Shown piece after piece: positions 31,698 through 40,836 of a DNA stretch of 64,000 nucleotides. Source of the DNA: an uncultured Pelagibacteraceae bacterium (GTDB lineage: Bacteria > Pseudomonadota > Alphaproteobacteria > Pelagibacterales > Pelagibacteraceae); contig CACNIK010000006.1 in NCBI GenBank assembly GCA_902620525.1, positions 13 to 64,012 of the forward strand, read 5' to 3'. Below the pieces are notes generated by a model that worked only from the letters and a program-made list of their open reading frames with translations, was not told the origin of the DNA and did not search any database. Position numbers and translations under genes: made by a program. Position 1 is the stretch's first letter; every line of letters begins with the position of its first letter.

Positions 31698-31874
31698 TTC
31701 ATGTGTCTCCCTTTAATTAACACAAAAGAGCTTTCAAAAAATTTATAAAAAACTCTTATTTGTGCTTATTTAGTGTTTTTTCACCTTATGTAAAGAAAAA
31801 AATGCATATCTCATATGTTAGAATCTTTTGCTGTGTGGGTTGAAATCTTCCCAAGAGCACTTATATGAACTCCC

Positions 31875-32447
31875 ATGAGAAAGACGAGTCTACAGACACC
31901 ACAGTTAAAAATAAGTGATTTTGAAGATAAATCCTTGTTAATCCTTGATGATGATGATCCTTTAAGAGGTAGATTATCCAGAGCAATGGAGAAAAAAGGT
32001 TTTATGGTGAAAGAGGCTAAAACGGTAGCAGAGGGGCTTGAATTTGTTCAAAAAACCCCCCCAAATTTCGCTGTAGTAGACCTTAGGCTAGAAGATGGAA
32101 ACGGACTTGATGTGATAAAAGAGCTCTCTAAAAATAAGTCAGAAAGTCGAATTGTGATGCTGACAGGATACGGAAATCTACCTACAGCTGTAGCAGCTGT
32201 TAAAGCTGGGGCAATAGATTATATAGCTAAACCTGTGGATGCAGACGATGTAGAGGCAGCTTTACTAGCTGCTCCAGAATCTAAAGCAAAACCACCTGAG
32301 AATCCAATGTCTGCAGATAGGGTTAAATGGGAGCATATTCACAGAGTTTTTGAGTTATGTAATAGAAATGTTTCAGAAACAGCCCGAAGACTTAAAATGC
32401 ATAGAAGAACTCTTCAAAGAATTCTATCTAAGAGATCTCCAAGATAA
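31875..32447 (+). CDS. regA: Redox response regulator RegA/PrrA/ActR
   Basis: 190 aa; receiver domain (LILDDDD, D in VVDLRL, IAKP) and the almost invariant RegA HTH WEHIHRVFELCNRNVSETARRLKMHRRTLQRILSKRSPR. Confidence 0.92.
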   Translation: MRKTSLQTPQLKISDFEDKSLLILDDDDPLRGRLSRAMEKKGFMVKEAKTVAEGLEFVQKTPPNFAVVDLRLEDGNGLDVIKELSKNKSESRIVMLTGYGNLPTAVAAVKAGAIDYIAKPVDADDVEAALLAAPESKAKPPENPMSADRVKWEHIHRVFELCNRNVSETARRLKMHRRTLQRILSKRSPR

Positions 32448-33002
32448 AAAATCCTTATTTAAAATTGTTGTAAAAATTGCTAATATGGAAATCTTTAGTA
32501 TTTCCGCAGGCAAAAAAGGTAAAGCTCCTAAAGCCCACAACTTCTCTATTGGAATAAAATTAAGTAACCAAATTAAACCAAAAATGTATATGAAAGAAAC
32601 TGAAAAAGCATATAGTAAAAAATTTAAAATAAAACGGATAATCAAATTATATTTATAATCAACTTTTAGTAATCCAGAAAAAAACACAGCTGGAATAAAT
32701 CCAAGAAGGTATCCCATTGTAGGACCAGTAAAATAAACTAACCCCACTCCTTTTTCTGGTGTTCCTGCAAATACTGGCAATCCAATTATGCCTTCAAATA
32801 AATATAATGATATCGTAGCGACACCAAGTTTCCATCCAAACAAAATTCCAATAGCCAAAACAACTAATGTCTGCATTGTCATCGGCACCGGATAAAATGG
32901 AATTTTTATTTTTGATGAGATAGCAAGGATAATACTTCCAATTAGTGCAATGAAAGCATATTTTATTATTTTTGAAATTTTTGAATTTTTTACTAACTCC
33001 AT
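32424..33002 (-). CDS. bioY: Biotin transporter BioY
   Basis: 192 aa, about six TM segments; VPMTMQTLVVLAIGILFG and GPTMGYLLGF BioY signatures; 3' end overlaps the regA 3' end by 24 nt. Confidence 0.85.
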   Translation of the reverse strand: MELVKNSKISKIIKYAFIALIGSIILAISSKIKIPFYPVPMTMQTLVVLAIGILFGWKLGVATISLYLFEGIIGLPVFAGTPEKGVGLVYFTGPTMGYLLGFIPAVFFSGLLKVDYKYNLIIRFILNFLLYAFSVSFIYIFGLIWLLNFIPIEKLWALGALPFLPAEILKISILAIFTTILNKDFLSWRSLR

Positions 33003-33033
33003 ACCTGAATTTACCTTTATTTAAAGAAATTAT

Positions 33034-33966
33034 CTAGTTTTTTGTTAATTGAATAAAAACATCTTCTAAATCTCCCTCGTCTATTGAAATATCGAGTATT
33101 TTCAAGTTTTTTTCTTTAAGGTAATTTATTAAATGTTCAAAATCTATTAATTCTTTTTCATAATTTATCGAAATAGTATTATTTGACTCAATTAAAAAAT
33201 TCACATTTGGCAGGCTAAGAGTCAAATTTGAGTCAAATTCTTTAAGTTTAAAAGTGATTTTTTTTGTTTTAATTCTTTCTAAAAGTTTTTTTGTAGTATC
33301 TAAGGCTACCAAGTTTCCTTTATTTATAATAGCTATTCGATCGCACATTTCTTGAGCTTCAAATAAATAGTGTGTAGTAAGAATTATAGTTACTCCTATT
33401 TTGTTTAGTTCTTTAACGTTTTCCCATAAGTTTTTTCTTAATTCAACGTCAACTCCTGCTGTAGGTTCATCCAACACAAGTATAGGTGGTTGGTGAACCA
33501 TAGCTTTGGCAATCAATAATCTTCTTTTCATACCGCCAGATAAATTTCTTGAGTAACTATCAGCTTGTTTATCTAGAGAAACGAGTTTTAAAATTGTTTC
33601 AGTTATTTTTTGATTATTCTTTATTCCGTAAAGACCTGCTTGTAAGTCTAATAACTTTTTTGGACTAAAAAAAGCATCCAAATTTACTTCTTGAGGAACT
33701 ATCCCGATAGATGCTCTTACTTGTCTTGGATTTTTATCAAGATCAAAACCCCAAACATTCACCTTACCCTTTGTTTTTATTACTGTTCCAGCAAGTATGC
33801 TTAAAAAAGTGGTTTTGCCCGCTCCATTAGGTCCTAGCAACCCAAAGATTTCACCTTGTTTCACCTCTAAAGTAATATTATTTAGAGCATTTATGTTTGA
33901 ATTCTTTTTTTTATCTCGTAAATATACTTTGGAAAGGTTTTCAACAGATAAAGCAGTTTTCATCAT
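33034..33966 (-). CDS. ABC transporter ATP-binding protein (ABC-2/DrrA-YadG type)
   Basis: 310 aa; Walker A GPNGAGKTT, signature LSGGMKRRL, Walker B ILVLDEPTAGVD, plus about 90-aa C-terminal extension typical of ABC-2 ATPases. Confidence 0.85.
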   Translation of the reverse strand: MMKTALSVENLSKVYLRDKKKNSNINALNNITLEVKQGEIFGLLGPNGAGKTTFLSILAGTVIKTKGKVNVWGFDLDKNPRQVRASIGIVPQEVNLDAFFSPKKLLDLQAGLYGIKNNQKITETILKLVSLDKQADSYSRNLSGGMKRRLLIAKAMVHQPPILVLDEPTAGVDVELRKNLWENVKELNKIGVTIILTTHYLFEAQEMCDRIAIINKGNLVALDTTKKLLERIKTKKITFKLKEFDSNLTLSLPNVNFLIESNNTISINYEKELIDFEHLINYLKEKNLKILDISIDEGDLEDVFIQLTKN

Positions 33967-34005
33967 AAAATTTTAATATAACATTAAATTTAGGTATTAT
34001 AAATT

Positions 34006-36777
34006 ATGAGCAAAATTAAAAAGTCAGATCATTTTTATTTAATTGATGGCTCAGGTTATATCTTTAGAGCATATTACGCTTTACCACCTCTTTCAAGAAA
34101 AAGTGACGGTTTACCTACTGGAGCAGTAAGCGGATTCTGTTCTATGCTTTTCAAACTTTTAGAAGACTCAAGAGCTGATGACAGCAAAGAGAGACCAACA
34201 CACTTCGCAGTAATTTTTGATTCTGCTAGAAAAAATTTTAGGAATGAGATATACAAAGAATATAAAGCAAACAGAAGCGAAGCACCGGAAGACTTGGCTC
34301 CCCAATTTGAATATATTAGAAAATCAGTTAAAGCTTTTAATTTGCCCTCTATAGAATTATTAAATTATGAGGCTGACGATTTAATAGCCACATACGCAAA
34401 ACAAATTACAAAATTAGGAGCAAAAGTTACTGTAATTTCATCAGATAAAGATTTAATGCAGCTCGTTTCCAAAGATATTAGGCTTTACGATCCGATGAAA
34501 AATAAAGTTATTGGAGAGAAAGAGGTAATTGAAAAGTTTGGTGTTAAACCAAATCAAGTAATAGATGTTCAATCATTAGCAGGCGACTCATCAGACAATA
34601 TTCCAGGTGTTCCAGGCATTGGTATTAAAACAGCAGCAGAATTAATTAATAAGTATAAAAATTTGGATACTCTGTTAAATAGAGCTTCTGAGATTAAGCA
34701 AAATAAAAGAAGAGAAACATTACTAGAAAATAGAGAAAAGGCTTTATTAAGCAGAGAATTAGTGACTTTAAAATCTAATGTTCCAGTTAAGGATGAGTTG
34801 AGTAGTTTTATCCTTAGGGATGTGAATAAAGAAATCTTATTTAATTTTTTAAGAGAAATGGAGTTTAACAGACTGCTAAGCCAAGCAATTAGTTTTTATG
34901 GTGAAAATTCTGAAAGTAGAAAAGAAAGTAAAGATAATAAAACTCAAAATTCTAAAATTGATACTAATAATTATAAAAGCATTATGAATGAAATTGATTT
35001 AGATCGGTTAATAAAAAAATTAAATGAAAAATCTATTATATCTGTAGACTGTGAAACTTCATCTCTTAACCCTTTAGACGCTGAGCTTGTAGGTATTTCT
35101 TTTAGTTGTGATGAAAATGAGGCTTATTATATACCTGTAGCACACAAAAATGTAAAAAGTTTGAAAAGGGATTTTGTAATTAAAAAGATAAAAACAATTC
35201 TCGAAGATACTAGTATTAAAAAAATTGGCCAAAATATTAAATATGATTTTATGATATTTAATAAATACGGAATTCATATTGAACCAATTGAAGATACAAT
35301 GCTTCTCTCTTACACTTTAGATGCTGGAAACAACAGACATAATATGGATACTTTATCTGAAATACATTTAGGCCATAAAACAATATCATATAAAGAATTA
35401 GTAGGGTCTGGTAAAAAGCAGTTAAACTTCTCAGAAGTAAATCTTGAAGAGGCTACAAGATATGCTGCAGAAGATGCAGATGTTACTTTAAGACTTTATA
35501 ACATTTTAAAAAACCGTATAGATGAAGAAAATCTTAACAAAATTTACGAGGTTTTTGAAAAACCAATGGTAAAATTATTATCCAAATTAGAAATGAATGG
35601 AATAAAAATAGATGATACATATTTAAAAAAACTGTCAAAAAAATTTGAAGAAAGACTTATTAAAAAGGAAAAAGAGATATACAAAATTTCAGGAAAAAAA
35701 TTTAATATAGGATCCCCAAAGCAACTTGGTGAGATAATTTACAACGATTTGAAGATAGCGAGATTAAAGAAAACTAAAAAAGGCAGTCTTGCGACTAATG
35801 CTAAAATACTTGAGGATCTTGCTTCAACAGGCCATAAATTTCCTAAACTGGTAATTGAATGGAGGCAAGACTCCAAACTTAAAAGCACTTATACTGACGC
35901 TCTTCAAGATCATATAAATAAAAAAACAAAAAGAGTACATACTTCATTTTTGTTAGCAGCCACAAATACTGGCAGACTTGCTTCAAGCGATCCTAACCTA
36001 CAAAATATTCCAATAAAAACAACTGATGGAAAAGAAATAAGAAAAGCCTTCATAGCCGATAAAAATAACATACTTATATCTGCTGATTATAATCAAATAG
36101 AAATGAGAATACTTGCTGATATGGCAGACGTTAAAGAACTCAAAAAAGCTTTCAAAAATAATCAAGATATCCATTCCTTAACCGCCAGCCAAGTTTTTGG
36201 TGTTCCAATAAATAAAATTGATGAAGATTTGAGAAGAAAAGCAAAAGCAATTAACTTTGGTATTATTTATGGAATAACACAGTATGGTTTAGCTAAGCAA
36301 ATTTCAGTATCAAACCAAGAAGCTCAAGATTTTATAAATGAATATTTTAAAAAGTTTCCAGAGATTAAAGATTATATGAATAGTACAATAAAATTTTGTA
36401 GAAAAAATGGATATGTAAATAATATATTTGGAAGAAGGATCCATCTAAGAAGTATTAATGATAAAAATTTTAGCATTAGATCATTTCAGGAAAGGGCTGC
36501 GATAAATGCTCCAATCCAAGGATCTGCGGCAGACATAATAAGATTAGCAATGATTGAAATTGACAAGATGACTGAAAAAGAAAAAAAAATTAGTGCTAAA
36601 ATGTTACTCCAAATACATGATGAATTAGTTTTTGAAAGTTCAATAAAAGATCAAAAAAACAATGAGAAATTGATAAAAAAGGTTATGACCTCAGTATCAT
36701 CTTCTGATCATCACATGTTTTCAATTCCATTGGAGGTAAATGTAAATTCAGGGTATAACTGGGGAGAAGCACATTAA
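34006..36777 (+). CDS. polA: DNA polymerase I
   Basis: 923 aa; 5'-nuclease domain, 3'-5' exo ExoI (VDCETSSL), polymerase motifs A (SADYNQIEMRILA), B (RRKAKAINFGIIYG), C (LQIHDELVFE). Confidence 0.97.
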   Translation: MSKIKKSDHFYLIDGSGYIFRAYYALPPLSRKSDGLPTGAVSGFCSMLFKLLEDSRADDSKERPTHFAVIFDSARKNFRNEIYKEYKANRSEAPEDLAPQFEYIRKSVKAFNLPSIELLNYEADDLIATYAKQITKLGAKVTVISSDKDLMQLVSKDIRLYDPMKNKVIGEKEVIEKFGVKPNQVIDVQSLAGDSSDNIPGVPGIGIKTAAELINKYKNLDTLLNRASEIKQNKRRETLLENREKALLSRELVTLKSNVPVKDELSSFILRDVNKEILFNFLREMEFNRLLSQAISFYGENSESRKESKDNKTQNSKIDTNNYKSIMNEIDLDRLIKKLNEKSIISVDCETSSLNPLDAELVGISFSCDENEAYYIPVAHKNVKSLKRDFVIKKIKTILEDTSIKKIGQNIKYDFMIFNKYGIHIEPIEDTMLLSYTLDAGNNRHNMDTLSEIHLGHKTISYKELVGSGKKQLNFSEVNLEEATRYAAEDADVTLRLYNILKNRIDEENLNKIYEVFEKPMVKLLSKLEMNGIKIDDTYLKKLSKKFEERLIKKEKEIYKISGKKFNIGSPKQLGEIIYNDLKIARLKKTKKGSLATNAKILEDLASTGHKFPKLVIEWRQDSKLKSTYTDALQDHINKKTKRVHTSFLLAATNTGRLASSDPNLQNIPIKTTDGKEIRKAFIADKNNILISADYNQIEMRILADMADVKELKKAFKNNQDIHSLTASQVFGVPINKIDEDLRRKAKAINFGIIYGITQYGLAKQISVSNQEAQDFINEYFKKFPEIKDYMNSTIKFCRKNGYVNNIFGRRIHLRSINDKNFSIRSFQERAAINAPIQGSAADIIRLAMIEIDKMTEKEKKISAKMLLQIHDELVFESSIKDQKNNEKLIKKVMTSVSSSDHHMFSIPLEVNVNSGYNWGEAH

Positions 36778-36826
36778 AAATAAGTTGTCGCCTAAATTTT
36801 GACAATTTAATTATGAAACATTAATT

Positions 36827-37525
36827 ATGAGTCACACAATTGCTTTAGTAGATGATGATAGAAACCTTTTAACCAGTATAAGTATTGCTTTAGAAAGAGA
36901 AGGTTTTAAAGTTCAAACTTACATTGATGGAGAGTCAGCATTAATAGGTCTTACAAGAAATCCTCCTGATCTAGCTATTTTAGATATCAAAATGCCAAGA
37001 ATGGATGGAGAAGAATTATTAAAAAAAGTAAGAAAAAAAATGTCTATCCCAATAATTTTTTTAACTTCTAAAGATGAAGAAGTTGATGAGTTGCTTGGCT
37101 TAAAGCTTGGAGCAGATGATTTTGTAAAAAAATCTGGCGGCTTTTCGATGAAGGTTCTTGTTGAGAGAATTAGGGTCCAATTAAGAAAAAAAACAGATAA
37201 GGTAGAAGATACAAAAAATATAATTACTCATGGAAAGTTAAAATTAGATCCTTCCCAGCTTGAATGCGAATGGAATGGTAAAGCACTCCCTGATAAGCTT
37301 ACAACAACAGAATTTCTTATAGTAAAAGAACTGGCCAAAAGGCCGGGTGTAATAAAAGAGAGAGCTCATTTAATGGATATTGCTTATAAAGAAAATACCG
37401 AAATTGAAGACAGAACTATTGATAGTCATGTTAAAAGAATTCGTAAGAAGTTTAAAAGGGTAGACGAAAAATTTTCAGCGATTGAAACAAGATATGGAAG
37501 TGGATATAGATGGAATGTTAGTTAA
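36827..37525 (+). CDS. chvI: OmpR-family response regulator, ChvI/BvrR-like
   Basis: 232 aa; TIALVDDDRNLLTSISIALEREGF...LDIKMPRMDGEELL...IIFLTSKDEEVDELLGLKLGADDF closely follows the ChvI pattern as I recall it; C-terminal winged helix. Confidence 0.8.
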   Translation: MSHTIALVDDDRNLLTSISIALEREGFKVQTYIDGESALIGLTRNPPDLAILDIKMPRMDGEELLKKVRKKMSIPIIFLTSKDEEVDELLGLKLGADDFVKKSGGFSMKVLVERIRVQLRKKTDKVEDTKNIITHGKLKLDPSQLECEWNGKALPDKLTTTEFLIVKELAKRPGVIKERAHLMDIAYKENTEIEDRTIDSHVKRIRKKFKRVDEKFSAIETRYGSGYRWNVS

Positions 37526-39045
37526 TGAAAAAGAAAAAAACATCTTCAATCTTAAGAAAGTTCTTACTTTTTAATTTATCTATTTTTTCGATATTAGGGT
37601 TATTTACAATCATATACCTAAATGCAATTCAGCCAAATCTAGTAAAAAAAGTTTCTGCAAGTCATTTTATAATAATAAATAACACTTCAGACCATATTGA
37701 AAGACTTGGTGTTAAATTTGATAAAGACGGCATTAAACAATTTTTACTTTCTACTAGGTTTTTATTTCAAGGACTTGATAGAGTACAATTTTTTTCTGAA
37801 GATGCTATTTTAATTGGAGATACAAATATATTAGACTTAGATGCCAGTGTTTTTGAGAAATCAGATGCTGTCATAGAGGAAGGTGCTGAAGATAAAAAGA
37901 ACGTATCAAAAACCTCAAAAGAGGAAAATTCTGAAGAGTATTCTATTTCAAATATAATTAAAAATAATTATAAGGATCAACCTATTACTATTGAGAATGA
38001 AATTAATAATTCATTTTTTGTAAGTACTGTAAGTAAATTAAAACTAAATGAATCTACTTCAGGATATATTGTCGTAACTAACGAAGCTAATGATATTTTG
38101 ATCGCAGTCTCTGAAAGAAAAAATTTTATAGTGAGAACTGTACTAGCTATAGCTCTTGTAATTCTGATTTTTTCTTTATTCTTGAATAAATATATACTGA
38201 AACCTATAGGATTTTTAGTTTCTTTTACAGAAGCTATAAAAAATAAGTCAGATCAAAATATCGATATACAAAAATTTTTTGTAAGAGAAGATGAGGTGGG
38301 AAAATTAACTAAATCAATTGACGAAATGACAAAAGAACTCCAAAAGAGAACGACTAGAGCAGAAACATTTTCAACTGATTTAGCGCATGAGATTAGAAAT
38401 CCTTTGGCCTCCTTAAAGGGAGCATCAGAACTTTTAGATAAAACAGAAAACCAAAATGATAGAAATAAATTATTTGAAATAATAAACCATGATGTGGAAA
38501 GAATCGAAAGGTTAATAACAGATTATTCTCAAATGCTTAAAGATGAAGCGTCATTGTCTCGAGAAAAAATGATAAAAGTGAATTTAATGAACATTATTTT
38601 AAATGTTGTTGAAGATTTTAGACAAGATTTAATCAATCAAAATAAAAAAATAGAAATTTTAACCAACTTTTCAAACAAAGATGAAAAAAATTATTTCGTT
38701 ATTGGAATTGAAAATAGACTAGAACAAGTTATAGCTAATCTTCTTGACAATGCTATTTCATTTAGTAGTAATCAACAAAAGATTGAAATTGATCTTACTG
38801 AAACTTCAAATAATTTTGTAATGACAATCAGAGATCAAGGACCTGGCTTCACAGAGGCCTCACCTCAAAAAATCTTTAAGCGTTTTTACAGTAATAGACC
38901 ATCTAAGTTTGGAGAACACTCAGGCTTAGGGCTTAATATTGCTAAAAATATAGTAGAGCTCCATAAAGGTGCTATAGCCGCGTCAAATAGAATTAATCAA
39001 AAAGGAGCTCAAGTAGAAGTACTACTTCCAAAAATATTACCTTAG
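37525..39045 (+). CDS. chvG: Sensor histidine kinase, ChvG/BvrS/ExoS-like
   Basis: 506 aa; two TM segments flanking a periplasmic domain, HAMP, H-box FSTDLAHEIRNPLASL, N/G boxes (LLDNAISF, DQGPGF, GLGLNIA); 1-nt overlap with the regulator gene. Confidence 0.8.
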   Translation: MKKKKTSSILRKFLLFNLSIFSILGLFTIIYLNAIQPNLVKKVSASHFIIINNTSDHIERLGVKFDKDGIKQFLLSTRFLFQGLDRVQFFSEDAILIGDTNILDLDASVFEKSDAVIEEGAEDKKNVSKTSKEENSEEYSISNIIKNNYKDQPITIENEINNSFFVSTVSKLKLNESTSGYIVVTNEANDILIAVSERKNFIVRTVLAIALVILIFSLFLNKYILKPIGFLVSFTEAIKNKSDQNIDIQKFFVREDEVGKLTKSIDEMTKELQKRTTRAETFSTDLAHEIRNPLASLKGASELLDKTENQNDRNKLFEIINHDVERIERLITDYSQMLKDEASLSREKMIKVNLMNIILNVVEDFRQDLINQNKKIEILTNFSNKDEKNYFVIGIENRLEQVIANLLDNAISFSSNQQKIEIDLTETSNNFVMTIRDQGPGFTEASPQKIFKRFYSNRPSKFGEHSGLGLNIAKNIVELHKGAIAASNRINQKGAQVEVLLPKILP

Positions 39046-39091
39046 TTCTTACTTGATTAGAGAAGTGTATATTGTTAAAAACCGATAAATT

Positions 39092-40381
39092 ATGTCAGAA
39101 GATTTTAAAGTAAAAGATTTAAAACTCGCAGAATTTGGTAGAAAAGAAATTTCTTTAGCAGAAACAGAAATGCCTGGTCTGATGGCTATAAGAAAAGAAT
39201 ATGGTAAAAAAAAACCTCTTAAGGGAGCACGTATATTAGGTTGTTTACATATGACTATCCAGACAGCTGTATTAATTGAGACATTAGTGGAATTGGGTGC
39301 AGAATGCAGATGGTCATCTTGTAATATATTTTCTACTCAAGATCATGCTGCAGCAGCAATTGCTAAAGCAGGAATTCCAGTATTTGCTTGGAAAGGAGAA
39401 ACTGAAAAGGAGTATTGGTGGTGCGTAAAACAAACAATTGAAGGAAAAAAAGATTGGGTACCTAATATGATTTTAGACGACGGAGGGGATCTCACGGCTT
39501 TAATGCACAAAGAATATAAAAACCTTCTCAAGAATATAAAAGGTGTTTCAGAAGAAACCACTACAGGCGTTTTAGCACTAAAAAAAATGGAAACTAATAA
39601 GCAGTTATTAATCCCCGCTATAAACGTAAATGACTCAGTGACAAAATCCAAGTTTGACAATCTTTACGGATGTAGAGAAAGTTTGGTAGATGGAATTAAA
39701 AGAGCAACTGACGTTATGATGTCAGGAAAGGTAGCAATAGTTGCTGGCTATGGTGATGTAGGGAAAGGAAGCGCCGCTTCATTGAGACAAGCAGGAGCAA
39801 GAGTTCTTGTTACAGAAACAGATCCTATTTGCGCTCTTCAAGCTGCTATGGAAGGTTACGAAGTAGTATTAATGGATGATGCAATAAAAGATGCTGATAT
39901 TGTTGTTACAGCAACTGGGAATAAAGATATTGTTACTGCTGATCACATGAGAAATATGAAAGATAGAGCTATTTTATGTAACATAGGTCACTTTGATAAC
40001 GAAATTCAAGTTGAAGCTCTCAAAAATTATAAATGGGATGAAATTAAACCTCAGGTACACGAGATAGAACTACCTAGTAAGAAAAGAATTATTTTACTTG
40101 CTGAAGGCAGGCTTGTAAATTTAGGCTGTGCTACTGGTCATCCAAGTTTTGTAATGAGCGCTTCTTTTACAAATCAAGTTATTGCCCAAATTGAATTATG
40201 GAATAATTCAGATAATTATGAAAATAAAGTTTATGTTTTACCAAAACATTTAGATGAAAAAGTAGCAATGTTACATTTAGAAAAAGTAGGTGCAAAATTA
40301 ACAAAAATGTCAAAAGATCAAGCAGATTATATTAGCGTTAAACAATCAGGGCCATTCAAACCAGATACTTACCGCTACTAA
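39092..40381 (+). CDS. ahcY: Adenosylhomocysteinase
   Basis: 429 aa; [23 protein letters not shown] site [18 protein letters not shown]-terminal PDTYRY. Confidence 0.97.
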   Translation: MSEDFKVKDLKLAEFGRKEISLAETEMPGLMAIRKEYGKKKPLKGARILGCLHMTIQTAVLIETLVELGAECRWSSCNIFSTQDHAAAAIAKAGIPVFAWKGETEKEYWWCVKQTIEGKKDWVPNMILDDGGDLTALMHKEYKNLLKNIKGVSEETTTGVLALKKMETNKQLLIPAINVNDSVTKSKFDNLYGCRESLVDGIKRATDVMMSGKVAIVAGYGDVGKGSAASLRQAGARVLVTETDPICALQAAMEGYEVVLMDDAIKDADIVVTATGNKDIVTADHMRNMKDRAILCNIGHFDNEIQVEALKNYKWDEIKPQVHEIELPSKKRIILLAEGRLVNLGCATGHPSFVMSASFTNQVIAQIELWNNSDNYENKVYVLPKHLDEKVAMLHLEKVGAKLTKMSKDQADYISVKQSGPFKPDTYRY

Positions 40382-40392
40382 AATAGTAGCTA

Positions 40393-40836
40393 ATGATTAT
40401 AAAATCTTTAGATCAGCTTAATTCTCTTTCCAAAAAAGTAGCGGATAAACTAAAAGAAAAGGATTGCATTTTTTTGACTGGAGATATTGGAGTAGGAAAA
40501 ACCACATTTACAAGATATTTAATTAACTATTTACAAAAAAAAGAGGGTTTAAAGGTTACAGAAGTTTTAAGTCCTACTTTTAATTTGTTATATGAGTATG
40601 ATCTGAAAAAATTAAAAATCATGCATTATGATCTTTATAGACTTAAAAACGATAAAGAACTGAATAATCTAGGCATTTTTCAAGAAAATGGAAATGCGGT
40701 CAAAATTATAGAATGGCCAAGTTTAATAAAAAATCCTATATCTGATAAACTAGAAATTCATTTAGATTATGCTAAACACGGAAGTGAAAGAAAACTAAAA
40801 TTTTTAGGAACAGGTAAGTGGAAAAATTTTGAATGA
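40393..40836 (+). CDS. tsaE: tRNA t6A37 biosynthesis ATPase TsaE
   Basis: 147 aa; P-loop LTGDIGVGKTTF, SPTFNL, HYDLYRL motifs. Confidence 0.85.
   Translation: MIIKSLDQLNSLSKKVADKLKEKDCIFLTGDIGVGKTTFTRYLINYLQKKEGLKVTEVLSPTFNLLYEYDLKKLKIMHYDLYRLKNDKELNNLGIFQENGNAVKIIEWPSLIKNPISDKLEIHLDYAKHGSERKLKFLGTGKWKNFE

Noticed and set aside
32350-32658. 102-aa plus-strand ORF overlapping the regA 3' end and running antisense through bioY
   Set aside because: It is out of frame with regA, antisense to a clear BioY gene, and shows no recognisable motif. Both flanking genes already account for the DNA.
39046-39091. SAH riboswitch upstream of ahcY, and a SAM riboswitch upstream of metK at 1696
   Set aside because: The ahcY leader space is only 46 nt and lacks GC-rich pseudoknot elements. 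metK overlaps lnt by 8 nt, so there is no leader at all.
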